Of a stretch of DNA of 64,000 nucleotides, positions 1-14,500 are shown one piece after another. Numbering within the stretch: the first letter of the stretch is position 1; each line of letters begins with the position of its first letter. Source of the stretch: Veleropilina oligotropha (taxonomy: Eukaryota); contig JBEUKZ010000054.1 in assembly GCA_048128005.1 (NCBI GenBank), forward strand, positions 434,001-498,000, read 5' to 3'. Under the pieces are notes generated by a model. The model was not told the DNA's origin. It saw nothing but the letters and a program-made list of their open reading frames with translations, and ran no database searches. The position numbers and the translations under genes were made by a program.

Positions 1-1145
1 ACCAAACATGATAAAGATGTTTGTAGCAATACCATCTAGGTCAAGTACGATATCCAGAGTTATCCCCCTTGAAAATTTCATAAATAAACAGAACTTTGAA
101 TATTACTTGAAGTATTGAGCATTAACATTCTTTCTTTCATTACAAGAATTTTAAGTAGGTTTGTTTGTTATGTATACTTATATAAATATTATGTGTGTAC
201 AATGGTAAATGACATGTGCTTATCTGTAAGACTTGCTCACTGCCAATAGGCACAGTAAGCTGTTAAGCTTAATGGTCAGTCTGTGAAGATGGGATTTTCA
301 AAATCGGAAATTAAACTGATTTTGAAAATTGTCTTCCCATTGGTTCATTCCAATGGTATCTTGAAATGGCAGTATATGTTGCCATTTTACAAGAGCAGAT
401 TGTATTCAATGTCTAATGTCACTCTGGTCAACTGGTTGGGGTTCAAATTATCAGGTAATGTGGCTCTTGAATTACGTAAATTATGCAAAATTGACTTTCT
501 ACGGTTTGATTAATGACTAGCAAATTTCATCCAACATTTACCACATTTGTTCATGTGAAAATGCTTCATTATTTTGCAAACAATTTGCTCGTGACTTCAA
601 TAGAACATTGATACGGGCGCATATTGTGACCTGGCACTCGTGTTATCGTTATCGAGTTTGAAGTGAGGTGTCTGCTCAGGATATAAAACAAGACTAATGT
701 TCATCAAATTATATATAAAGCACCAGAATCCTGACAAATGTGTCAGCTTGGTAAATGTTGCCATTATAAACACGTTTTAAGAATTTTTTTTATAAAAATG
801 CAACATTAATATGTTAATTTCCATCTAAAATTAATTTGAAGCGACAAGAAAATAGCGACAATTTTGAATTGAAATGAACACTGAACACTACATATCTGAA
901 ACTAAAGGGCTAACTACTACATATACGGTACATTGAATCCTATGTGCTATGACTATGAGAGCTAGGTAAACGATCTTACATGGATGTTTGCATGCAATAT
1001 TTCAACAAAAATTGGTAGTTGGTTGCAGTATTTTTCCTTGTACAGTGTAGTCCCACACACTGAAAATGACCTTTTGCTATACGCTCTATTTTTCGTTTTT
1101 ATAAAACACTTTGACGCTATATAAAATGACCCGAATATATGATAA

Positions 1146-2145
1146 ACAAGAAGTGTGAGAGTCACACATTATCCCGTCGGGTTTGTCATAATTGATGGAG
1201 AGTACATTTTTAAGTTGATAAAGGGGAATAACTGTGCACATAATTGTCAAAATTTTTCCAAAATGTAACATGACCCCCTGTGTTTTATTTGCAACACAGT
1301 CACAAGATGCAAACAATATCTGATGCAAGGCTATGAAGATAATTGACGAAAACTAAATATTTTCGTCGAAAAAGAGAGACAACTGTGGAAATATTTGTCG
1401 AAGTTCTGCCGAAATTGAAATGATCTCTGATCTATTATTTGGAAATCAGCCATAAGATGTGAACGACATCCGATTGATGGGAAAAAAATGTTTATGTAAA
1501 AAAGGGGGGAAAAACTGAGGTAATATTTGGCGAGATACCAAATTCAATAGGCATCTACTATATGTCCCAAAAAACCTGCATACGAAATTTGAACTCACTG
1601 TTTTCGCGATATCCTGATTACGTCATCAGAAACGAATTTTTTGTCGAAAAGGGGGGATAACTGTGCAAATATTTGTCAGAATAATATCAAATTCAATAGG
1701 AACCTAGTTTATGTACCACTAAACCTGCATACCAAATTTGGACCCCTACCTATTATGGTTTTCCTGATATCCTATTCACGTCGTCTGAAACGGAAATTTT
1801 ATGTCGAAAAAGGGGGATAACTGTGCAAATATTTGGCGGATTAATCTGAAATTCAATAGCAACTTAGTTTATGTCCCAATAAACCTGCATACCAAATTTG
1901 AATGCCATATCTGTTATGGTTTTCCCCGATATCCTGTTCACGTCGTCCGGAAATTTTGTCGAAAAAGGGGATAACTGTGCAAATATTCGGCGGAATTATC
2001 TGAAATTCAATAGTAACCTAGTTTATGTCCAAATAAATCTGCATACCAAATTGAATTCCCTAGCTGTTACGGTTTTCCTGAAATATCCTGTTCACGTCGT
2101 CTAGACGGACGGACGGTGTGACAACATAATCCCATCGTTTTTTCA
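1146..2145 (+). mobile_element. Helentron-type element with about 140-160 bp internal tandem repeats
   Basis: ACAAG start, repeated GTCGAAAAGGGGGATAACTGTGCAAATATT units, (GGAC)n near the end. Confidence 0.6.
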
Positions 2146-3787
2146 AATAATAAATATCATATTTCATAATGACATTGTTGGAGGGGATCTCGTTCTGGAT
2201 TGATAGATTGAGAGGTAAGCATAAAACATTAATATATTAATCCATTGTGATGGCATGTAATGAATAATTAACCCTTTACAGCTCAGCAATTAACAAGAGC
2301 ATCAGCTAGAAATGGCTCACTATGCATCAATCACTTAATATATTTCATGAGTACATGTACTGCATCTGCATTCAGTAGCATATCATAACGTCAAAGAATG
2401 CACATGGCTGTCAAAAAGTGGCAATTTATACGTAAAATGTTAATTAAATTGATTTAAAAATTTAATACTCTAGGGTTAGTTGACAATGAAATAGTGATAT
2501 TTGACAAATAATGATGCCAAAATATACATATTGTTGCATAATATTATATAGCATGCTTGAGGAACTCACCAAAAACTTTAAATTTCTAAGTCCAAAATTG
2601 ACATTTTGTAGTAAAAGTTAAATTAAATTACCATAAATATTATTTATTTAGGGTCAGGTAACAATGAAATAGTGATATCTAACACATGCATATTATTGCT
2701 TATATAGCATGATTGAGAAACTCGAACCAAAAACTTAACAGGAGAACCAATTGTTGATGCCGGACGAATGGCCAGACGACATGCTCATTACATAGACTCG
2801 CATTACTGTTGCATACGAAGTGGATGATGCAATCACACAATAGTTTAACATTATACCTAAATACACTTAATATGTCAAGAACATTCACCATTAACTCATA
2901 ACAAGAATAACACACAAAGAAATGAAACTTTAAAGTATAAATTGTTGACCATACTATACACAGGGTTCAAACAGATTTCCAATGACAAATTTCTTGAACT
3001 TTCAAGGACAAATTTACGAATTTCAAGGGTATCTCTCTGAATACGAAATAGTTCAAAGGTAACACTAAACCAAACCCTGCTTAGTCCGCGCTCCATTTCA
3101 TTTTTACTAGAGCTACAATTTTATTCTCCAACCACCACAGAGACACATTTTAGTCCGATAACAACAATGAAATATAGAATTCAATGACTTTTCCAAAACT
3201 TTCTGCCCAAATGCCATATTTTCCATGACTTCAAGGGCCTTGAAACAGCATCAATACAATTCCATGTCTTTCAAGGACCTGTGCGAACCATGTATACACC
3301 ATTACCATTAGACCTGAAGTTCGTTTAAGTGAAAATTACATTTGGAGGTAAAATAATTAAATTACCAAAAGTATAACATTACTTTTGCTGGATTAAAGAA
3401 AATAAATATTCTTTGTAGAATAAACTGTTCATGGTCTAAAAGGATGATATTGTAAGTAATTTTGACTTTATACGTAAAATTAAGACTTTTCACTGCAAAG
3501 CGCATACATGTACTAGAAATCTCTAGACTCACAGTTCTATAGCATGTGAGCCCAAAATCATCAATACGTAATTCACAGACAGTCAAGCCATGGGATACAG
3601 CTTGCTCTTGATATCGTCATCAAGGAACCCATTGGATATTCCCAACAGGGAAGCCATACGTAAGCATATATAGCTTCACAAACTGTCACCTTAAGTCTCA
3701 CTGCTTGCTGTACCTGTAGTAAAGACTACAAGCCTAGAGCAAGTCTGACAAAGAGACAAGTGGCCAATATGCGACACAATGCTGTAT

Positions 3788-4023
3788 AGATAATAAATAG
3801 TAAATATAGACTTACTTACTTTGAAAACAAAAATTCCGAAACGATTATGATGTTTCGGTCCGTCTACTGCGGTAAAAATGATAAACCGTCATTACGTGAT
3901 CAAGGTTCGCAGTAGACTGACCAAAAGGTCGTAATCGTTTTGCAATTTTTTGTTTCAAAGTAAGTAAATGTATATTTACTATTTATTATCTAAGTGATTC
4001 TTGAAACCATGAACAATTTATTT
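3788..4023. mobile_element. Short palindromic insertion with 13-bp target duplication, possibly Penelope-derived
   Basis: Inverted arms 3787-3870 / 3905-3992; CACAATGCTGTAT at 3775-3787 and 4024-4036. Confidence 0.55.
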
Positions 4024-4146
4024 CACAATGCTGTATGCAGCATGAAAGAGAAACTTAAATGTTAACGCCGGTCGGATATGGACGGACGGACAGATATGCT
4101 CATTACATAGACTCGCATTTGCATTGCATGTGAGCCAATAAAATAA

Positions 4147-4413
4147 GGCCGCTTCGGCAGCGCAGTGGGTAGAGTGTCCACTCTAAATTCACTGGCTTGA
4201 TTCCGCTAATGGGAACAGTGGTGGGTTCAATACCTGCATGAGGCATTGTCATTTGTTCAAGTTATGAAGCACAGTTGTACGTGACTGGCCGAAGAGGGCG
4301 GGTTTACCCGGGCGACCGGGGTTCCTCCCACGATAACACGGACATGTCCTGCCTTGAACCTCGATGCTGTAAATATACAGGACATTAAGCATCATTACTT
4401 CCTTCCTTCCTTC
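4147..4413 (+). mobile_element. tRNA-derived SINE with (TTCC)n tail
   Basis: A-box-like GCGCAGTGG, B box GGTTCAATACC; further copies at about 25245-25505 (-) and 27374-27472 (-). Confidence 0.8.
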
Positions 4414-5507
4414 CAATAAAATAACAAGACGATAACTTTTCAGTTTAATGTATATTTAAAACATAATATTCTTGTAGCAAACGGTAGATGTATGTACAAA
4501 ATGCTAAGAATGAGCACATTATATTATGCTTTACATGTTTACATTACCTTAAGTTTGCTTGTATTAAGCAAATAATAAATTTCCTCTAGGCAAAAAAAGG
4601 ATTATGTGTAGCACATAAATAGATATTGTTGTACAAAATATTGATGAAATGCAGTATTATATCTGTCAGACTGAATATACAATACAAAGTAACAAGTGGG
4701 ACACATCCCATGAATTGCTCAAAGCCCAAGACAAAAGGAGACCTACAAACAAGATGTTCAGTTGCTGAACAACTGAAAGCCTTTTGACAAAAAGACTAAA
4801 TTACATATTTCATGCAACAGATATTACATCTTTTCTTGTTCTAAATATTAAGAATAAGATGTACACCACAGACGGTTTTTTCATGACATGCGACCAACGT
4901 TTTCATTGCAGGATGCCAGACCATTGCAAGCAAACTCCATGGAATACACCAGGATTTCAAACCAGTGATAATGATATCCATAGGCAACCATCATCACTAT
5001 ATAGGTGGTCTGCTGCTAATGCAAGTAGAGGTTACTGGCATGCTTGTGTTAGTAGTATTAACCAAGTCCTTCAATCACTTTTCGCGTGATTAATGAATGA
5101 CGGATCAATATTTGAAACCTTAATCTGTACTGTTACATTAACAAGACAAAAATAGAAACATATAAAAGTCCTGCTTAATAAACACAAATAAAAATAAATC
5201 CATTAAATAAATTATTATTTACTTAAAAAACACAGACCAAGCTTTGAAATATTTACAATAAAATGTCCTTGACAGCGTTATAGTTGGCTATTTACAAAAA
5301 CTGAATACAAGCGAGACAGCACTGAAGTTGATTCATATCATAACTGAATACAAGCTAGACAACACTGAAGGTGATTCATATCATTTGCATAACAAGCGTC
5401 TTGAATTCAACAATTATTGTTAGAACTGATAAAATGATCTCATTTGATGATCGCGTAATGTAGCGTATGGGAACAGTGGACCAACATTACCCAAAAGGGA
5501 AATAACT

Positions 5508-5576
5508 CTAGTCTTCCTCTTCGCCAGCATTTTGAATTGTCGTACCCAGAATTCCTTCTACTTCCTCAATTGCTGC
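5508..5576 (-). CDS. IQCH: IQCH last coding exon ([22 protein letters not shown])
   Basis: ttacag acceptor, in-frame TAG at 5508-5510. Confidence 0.88.
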   Translation of the reverse strand, partial: AAIEEVEGILGTTIQNAGEEED

Positions 5577-8500
5577 CTGTAATATAATCCATATAGCATT
5601 CCCATAAGACGATTGCAATATACAATCAATCATGTGCAGGATGTTACATTGTACAATTTTTCAAAAATAAAACCAGTTCATAACTTCATCAGTATTTTAC
5701 AACTTACAGCAAATTTCTAACAAAACAAATTCAATAAATGAGTGCATTATCAATTGAGGAGAGCAGGCGTTCGGAATATGTGACTTTTCTTTATTTCCGT
5801 CAGATTTTCAGAACAGCTATAACGTTACAATGGCGAAGTTTACTAACAGACTTTAACACCCCATCGATTGTGACGTCACTCATCGTAATGACGTCATTGC
5901 TATTTACTAGAAACATTTTACATACGTTATATACAAATGCATAAAAGTGCCTAATAAATGCATATTTTTGCAATATTGTGTCGCAAAAGTTATATACACG
6001 ACCTACAAATACTCGTGGGAATGTGTGTACCAATTTTGGTAAAAATTGTACCGGTAATTTTATCATAATCCTGCGGATATATATGTATATGTATATATAT
6101 ATACACACGGACCATTTTATAATGTCTTGTCCTTTTTAACAAATATTTCGAAAGCATTCCAGTCTATATTAAATGATCGCATATTCATAAGATCCTGGCA
6201 GTTTATCGAGACAATAACGCCCCAATCAAATCACATGACGTCTTGATACATTATTACCATTGGCTGAGCATTATAATGTAAGCGCTTTGAGTTGCATTCG
6301 TGTGAGAAAGTGCAAGATAAATCTTCCACATTATTATTATTATTTATCAAAAGGCTTAAATTTTATGGGTCATCTCAAGTCTTACCTTGAAGTTGCTGAC
6401 TCCCTGCATGTTGGGCGCTGATATTTCCTGATGAATCACAGACAGGTTACGGGCGAACGATGCCAGCGCTCCCTGCAGGTTGTCTCCAAGAGTTCTGTAA
6501 AAAATACCACATATGTGGATGTCTATCAGCAATGCTCTTCATCTTCACATTGTATCTCGAGATGCTGAATCTAACAGATATTGGTGTAGGCCTTTCCTAT
6601 GAAAGCGCTGAGCATTCACTCTCAACTTTTGGCGTGCAACCTCACTTCACTATGCCAGTGGTTTAGAAATTATTGTGTCGACTCAGAATAACACAGCTTC
6701 ATTTCAAACAATTTTAGTAGTAGTATTTAACAGGAATCGCCATTTTGTGAGACGGTGTTGAAGCTGGGACGCAAGCCAGGAGTTGTGTCACGGCATAACT
6801 CTCACTTCTGGGGAAAACATTTATCCAGAATAATATTATGTACTACATGGAGACCACCGTGCAATGATATGAATTATTTCACAGCCACATCTAGCTGCAT
6901 TTAAATGATAGACTCGATCATTTTTAAACCACGTTTAACAATCTTTTAGTCATATTGTAGTCTGAACTCAATTTAACACATTAGAAAGGATGGCTAACAG
7001 GTTTTAAGCTATATCATGTCTTAGTTTTCAGTTTTGGAATAAAATTTTTGAACCCATGTCCAACCATACAATTAGATATTTTCCACTGGTCTAACCAGGT
7101 GTTTAGTTATCCAGTATAATATCTTGCTTGGCCCATGATTGACGTTGCTTGCTGTAACAGACCACTAGTCCACCATTACTTCATTGTTTTAGTGTAATAT
7201 TAAACTATTGAAACTTACAGCATGCCCATCTTCTCCCGATCAAAACTGTCGATTAATGTGAACACTGTTCCTTGCTTTTCCTAAAATAAAATAAAGCATT
7301 CATATAAAAAGCAAAACACTCATCAAGAAGTAAGTTCTGCAAACAAACTGGACAAATCAATTATATCTGTGGATACCTGCAATGTTACAAGTTAATACAA
7401 GAGCCCGTTAGAAAACGGATTCATCCCCCGCCTTCCGCAATCACTCTGATATAAATTTAACCAAAATTTCTATGTCCCAACACATCAAATTTCTTCATTA
7501 TTAAAACACAATAATATTCAATGTCACTGCTAGAATAAAAGGTGGTATCAATATAAGCATCACCAAAGAATATGTATGCAATAATGGCACAGAACGGAAA
7601 TTCACTCAACTTTAACAAAAATTTCTCTATGTCCACAAACACTAATTTCACATGTTATTTATATTAAAAATCACTTGCAGATGAGGGAGCAGCATCAATA
7701 TAGTCAACACTAAAGTATATGGATGCAAAACAGTGCCTAGAACAACCCATATGCCCATTGAAATATTTAAACAAAACTTTAACCAAAATTTCTATGTCCA
7801 AAAACATATTTTTATGCAATAATTATATTAAATTTAATTCAGCATCACTTCCATAGTATCAGTTGACATTCATATTATCAATACCAAAGCATAGATACAC
7901 CAGAATGTTGTATCAACAACCCATATACACTCAATGAAAAACTTTAACCAAAATTTCTATGTTCAAAAACACCTATATCTTAATATAATGGAGCTATAAT
8001 TGTATGTGTGTCTGTCTGTCTGTCTGTTTCAAGTTGAACTCCTCCCAGACGCTTTGACCTAGGACCTTCAAACTTTGGGGGGTTAATCGGGGTCCCCCAA
8101 GGAAGGTTTACCACGAAAAAAATTCGGAAAATTCGCGAAAAAAAAATAAATTTACTATCATTTTTAATATAATCGAGAAAAAAGAAAAGAAAAAAAAAGA
8201 CGGGTACCATTGCTAGTTTATGCAATAATTATATTAAACTTTATTCAATCTCACTTCCAGAGTACCAGGTGTCATCCATATAATGCCCACAAAAGCATAT
8301 ATATGCCAAAAAGTATCATGGGCAAGCTATATACACTCAATTCGAAACTTGAACCAAATTGTTTACGGACGGACATTGCAACAACAATATCCCCCGCTAC
8401 CCTCCAGGCAGGGGATGAAAAATCATACAGCATTATAAACCGAATGTATGATTTTGTCATGCAACGCAGATTGGCCTGTCATGTTTGTGCATATATGTCT

Positions 8501-11500
8501 ATATAGAGGATATTAAACGAGATCCCATTTCATATCAAATTTATGTCACGAGTGATGAAGTTTTTATTTCACGAGCCTTGGCGAGTGAAATAAAAACTTC
8601 ATCACGAGTGACATAAATTTGATATGAAATGGGATCGAGTTTAATGTTCTTTTTATCACATTACTACAAATATGTCAATTACATTGCAATACTTGCATAT
8701 TTGTCTCTGTTGAAGAAACCAAATCACTTTGTTGTGTAGTGCGCACTTTAAAATAGTCCGCTTGCAAAAGCCCAGAAACACTGATATAAATAACGTGTTT
8801 GTAACATAACTATTAACAAAATATTTATTAGCAAGAACTGGAAACAATATTTAGGAATTTGGATGTTCGTTATAAACAGATATCAACCAGACAGTAATCA
8901 ATTATTTATAGACAATAAACAATTATTTTTTCATTCTGGGGAATGCGCCGTAGCGACCGTGTCGTGCCCAGTGGCTGGAATTTTATCGCTGTGAATGTGC
9001 GCTTCTATGCTTCCCCCGATACATTTCCACCTATTAAAGTGTGGAGGCCACCGTACACATTTACGACGGATGTTTGCCGAGAAGAATTACAGCGTTTAAA
9101 CCATTGTCCCGCTTTTCTGAATGACTCTGGATTCGGATTTGTTGCGATGTAAAAATTTACACAAAAGTTTATTGAGATCTGCAGGTGGAATATCTTGGAT
9201 ACTTCTACGTTCATTAAATTGAGGCTGCGAAAGAAAACGGGCAAGTAGTTGTAAATCATATAATGTTTTGTTTTTTGTATTTATGTTTGCTTGTGCGATT
9301 ACAATGTCCTCAACATCTGTGTCCGTAACCAAGACGAACCTGTTGTTTTTTTTGAAATTTCTGTTGGCTGCTCTGCACTCGGGGGTTTCGAACTCGTAGC
9401 CATACGATCTTGTGGAAAGTCTATTTCTATGTCGGTACCGTCAATTAAACATGTATAAACTTGTACACCCTGTTCATTTGTTATCACATTCAAAACAGTG
9501 GCTGATCCTCTTCCGTCTATAGTTATTTTACACCCGATTTCATATTTGTTTACGATAATTTTATCCATTTTCGCAAAGTAGTAATTAAAATAGTACGGCG
9601 CATTGATAGTGATGACGTTTTATTGACCAATCACAATCGTCAAAAAATGTTATGACATGGTTTAATAACATGTGTTATGTAATGGCTAGAAAGCCAACAT
9701 AACACAGCGTTCATGTGATAAATAGAGGATATCGAACGAGTGTCCATTCCATATGAGAATTATGAAACGAGTCGGGCACAATTTATGTACCGAGCCTTGG
9801 CGAGGTACATAAATTTGCTGACGAGTTTCATAATTCTCATATGAAATGGACACAAGTTTCATATCTTCTTTATCACATGACTTTATTTACCTTTAAACTT
9901 ATTTTATTGCGTTTTTAAACGCATTTCTTTACGTTTTAAAACTAATTTATGTCAGTACTTTCAGCCATAAATTGCCATTGCCTCAGACGCATCACGCATC
10001 GAAAGCACGCGCCACGCCAGTACGCCAATAACAAATAGTTCAACGTCGGTAATCGACGAGTCAACGCGTATGAATTATTCAATATATTAATGAGGGTGAT
10101 ACGCCGTCTAATCAACTTGGCGCCAGATGCGATGATCGGCCGCCATGTTCGTCCTCATTTGCATACTTATGAGACGTGTCTTTTGGATTGAAATTTATGG
10201 AACGGCTTGTACCGTTCCATAACAGCTTTGTCATGTGATAAATTCTCATATGCTTCAATGATACAATGTGACAACCGTCCTTGCTCCCCAGGTTCAGCTG
10301 TTTGTGCATAGACAGGGTGTCCCAAAAAATGTCCCCATTTCTTACCGGATGCAAAATTATTTTTGTCCAACATAATGTGACAGCTTTTGAAGCAGAAAGA
10401 TGGAAGTTTTTTGTCATATAGTCATTTTATGAATTAGACAGATGGAAATTTTGTCATGTAGTCATTTTGTAACGAAGCGAATTTGTCCTGAAAGAATTTA
10501 CGTACTTCTCTAGCTGTAATTTACACATGTTCCACGCATTCTCCTCGTTGTCCAATAATAGAATGGATCAATACAACCATATAGTGGCCAGTGATGTCAG
10601 ACCACTAGATGGCTACTCACATGGTAACTTCAACACATCTTGGGAATTTTTCCATCGTTATCATGGCTACCTATTTCCCAGTATCTGCAATTTTGCTTGT
10701 TCACAACTCCGGATAAAAGAGCGTGACATTCATCAGTCATGTGCAACTAATTACCTTATAGTCAGGTTCACTATGTCCTAAAAAAGGGTTTCGTTTTTTT
10801 TTCTTGGAGATTTGTAAACCTATATATTTTTGAAAACTGTATACCCTGGGGAGTTCAAAAACCAATGTTTGCATTTGAGGAAAATCCGTTATGGCGGCCA
10901 TATTGGAATTCAAAATGGCGGCATTGCAAAATCCTTTATAGTCATTCTCCAGCTTTTATATTACATAAATGTATTCATTTATCAAGACAAAACAGCATCT
11001 TAGCCTCCAACCTACTGAATATAGACCACAAAGTATTAATATTTTCACCCCCGGATAAGTACGAGTCTCTTTTGTGCATTTTTCAATGATTGGCGGCCAT
11101 TTTGAAAGCATGAAAATGGACCATTTTCACCATTCCACAGGATACAGCATAAACTCACCATCAATCATATGAAATGCTGCAGGCTACATTGTGGCCTTTT
11201 GAATTCATGCACCTTAAATTGTTCCTTGCTAAGAAGATAGGCAGCCATATTGGAGTTAAAATGGCCCCTATACAAAATCCATTTTTGTCATTATCCAGCT
11301 TTTATAACACATAAATGTATTTATTTACCAAGGCAAAACAGCCTCCTAACATCCTAGCCATTTAATAGAACTCACTGAGTATTGATATTTTCGCCAGCGG
11401 ATAAGTACGGGTAAGTACGGATAAGTACGGGTGCATTCTTCAATGATAGATTGCTATATATTTTGAAACCTTCACATACTACAATTAAGATACAGGAAAA

Positions 11501-14500
11501 ACTATACCAACAATGATATGGAATTCTGCATGTCGTATTGTAGACTGTTGGACCATGCGCCATGCGGTTTAAACTGTTCCTGCAAGTTTGCTATAAAATT
11601 TAATGGTAATGTGTTCGAGCGCCTCCAATGAGATCGCAGGTATAATATGCAATGCCAATCTCCAGCAGAGTTGCTTCCCTTCCTCTGTCGTGTCCGTCCA
11701 TACAATACCATCGATGTAGCATGGCGCAGTCGGCGCATGCGTGGAGATTGATGTAATGCATATTCCGACATACACTGACTGGTTTCTTTCGCTTTGAACT
11801 AAGGAATTTGCTGATAAATAATGAGTTGGCTGGTTTAAACAATGTCAATATTAAGTCTTATATATTGTACTTGCTAAGCCGTATTAATTAGTGAAAAATT
11901 ACACATTTAAAGATTATATTTTTATAATATCACTGCTCAATTCTCAAACCAATATAACATTTAGCCTAAAATCTAATAAATTTCATCATCAGGACTATCA
12001 TTGGCTAAAGTGTTTTCTATTGAGTCACCATCATTCTGGACACTCCAACTTGCACCTGCATTTTACCATTTCAAGTATTACAGGAGTCGGGTGGGGGGGG
12101 GTCATTTGTCAAGATAGTATTCATTTCGTAGAGGATCCAAGAATTATTGTTGCGATGTGCTGGCTCGTTCTCATAACCAATTATTATCCGACATACAATT
12201 GTAAAATAGATTCCACTTCACTTCAGGTATGTTATTGATATGGTTTCCTCTTGGATAATATACAGCACATACAATTGTCGCAAGTAAGACCAGACGTTCC
12301 TCTGTCACCTCCGCAATATCAATATGCTCTTATAGTGCCTTGATAACTTGACTGTCACCTTCAGATATAACTCTATCCAAATATGGCTTTGCCTATTCGA
12401 CAGAAATGCCCAGTGTCTGCACTTGTAAAAGCATGAATTACTTATGCTTGCTGCATTGCAGCTCAAAGCTCTCAAGATTGGCTGAATTAGAGCCACCGAT
12501 GATACCATAGAGATGCATGTGTTTCTTGGGAAAATATTATAACAGACAATATGAAGTCCGTGTTGGGAAAGAAAAATGTGCGATGCGAATTTTGCGAAGC
12601 ACGTCTTTTTGCTAACACGTCAATCCAGATCATCAGTGTGTCTGATTTTTCGTGGTTGCTATTTTCAAAGAGAAGATTACTGTTGTTTGTAGATTGTTCT
12701 GAAGGCGAAGTGTCTGGGTAGTTAAAGCTGAGATCTTATCTGAAATATAGCATGATCGGAGGAATTTGTATTTTATCCTATCCATATCAAAAATAGTTTG
12801 CTCAGTTATTCTTCTGCTTCACAATGAAGAAGCATCAGGTCAGATGAGTGAGATACTGTGATGAACGCCAGAATTGTTTCCATTCGATGAATGTCATTAT
12901 TCATCATGGACTTGAACATTGCCTGCTTTAACTTCCCAAACTTTAAAGGTATTCGGGACATCAGCAGTGGCCAAGACTTGCAAGAGATGTATCATGTTTA
13001 ACTCCCTTGGTTTTGTTGATCTCGAGGCAGGCCACCCCTCTTTCTATTATGGAATACCGACAAATGTCCTTCAGATTAGGGTTATCTTTGAAAAATACAT
13101 CAACAGCCAATTTATATTCTGCAATGTATGAATGCATGTGAGCATATGTAGCGGTCATTTTTAGTGTGTGAACTTAGGATTTGGCAGACAGCGAGGACCA
13201 GTTGCAAGAATGGTTGCTGAGTTAGCAAGCAAGTCTGGATAGGTTTGGACTAAAGATGAACTCGAAAACGTCAGAGACGATACTGTGTAGTAGAGCAGAC
13301 GGACAGAGGGTAGAAATTTGGGATCAACCATATGTGAATGAGGGGCATGAGAAGGATGTTGAGGACGAAATCAATGCAAGCTGGATGAGTGGAGTGTTGA
13401 CTAACAGGAGGATGCCAATCAAGTTGAAAGCTAAGATTTATAAGATGATGGTGGGGCCGAATATGACGTATGGGGCGGCGTGCTGAGAACTTACTAAGAG
13501 GGATGAGAGGAGAATGAACGTGACGGAGATGCGTATTCTGAGAATAATTTTCGAAATGACGCTTCGAGATAAAATCAGAATCGAAGAGGTGCGGAGCAGA
13601 ATGAGGGTGACAAAACGAGTGGTGCAAGATGAGATCGTACGGACACATCTTGAGGATGAGTGGGGAAGATGTGGTGACAAGAGCGTGGAGGGAGCCAGTA
13701 AGAGGATGGAGGAGTATAGGACGTCAACTTAGGAGATGGACTGAGGTACAGTATGGAGGAGATGGATCTGACAGAGGGTGACGTACATGACAGAGGAATG
13801 GAGAAGGAGAATTCAGGCCGCCGACCCCTTATCACGATAAGGCGAAAGTAAATAAGAATAAGAATTTGCTTTCATCCAGGTATATCGTCTATCCGGTACT
13901 AGAGTTCTGAATTGACGCTCCATGATCCCGAAGACCAGCGATGACAGCAAAAAGTTTATCTTGTCTGAGAACAATGGTCTTTTTCATGTCTGGTCTGGAA
14001 TCAAGCAACTATTTCGTAGAGGTACATTTGAAACGATATCACATATTGAGATGCCTTAATTTCTCCAACTGATAGAAATCGTAGCTGGTTTGTTTGTGTG
14101 ATTACTGTTCATTGGGTTGACCTGATTCGTGAACTAACGCTGGAAATATAGTTAATGCGCCAACATATGTCATTTAACCTTTATAATTACTTATAATTAA
14201 TGCTTAATACAAATATAAACAATCTTGAATTATCTCCCCTTAATACCTGTTGATGCATTAAATGTATTGTTTTACGGCAAAATACTCATTTCTAATTTGC
14301 ATATTGGCTTGAACATTGAACATTACTTGGTCCTGTATGTTTTGTAGTTAATATTGTGTGATGTAATACAAAAACTTTAGATATATCTGCAACATTGCCT
14401 TCATAATACAGTGAATACTAGAAATTCATATTACATCACACACTAAAAAGACCGCCACATGTCCTGTAATATGTACATTATTCAGACAGATGATGCTATG

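Noticed and set aside
4147..4245. tRNA gene
   Set aside because: A and B boxes are present but no convincing cloverleaf; it continues into a dispersed SINE body and tail
4444..4449. ATTAAA poly(A) signal for IQCH
   Set aside because: Plausible position about 1 kb after the stop, but such hexamers are too common in AT-rich DNA to call without transcript data
11500..11850. Host gene in overlapping short minus-strand ORFs
   Set aside because: Fragmented across frames inside a transposon remnant; probably decayed element coding sequence that I cannot assign
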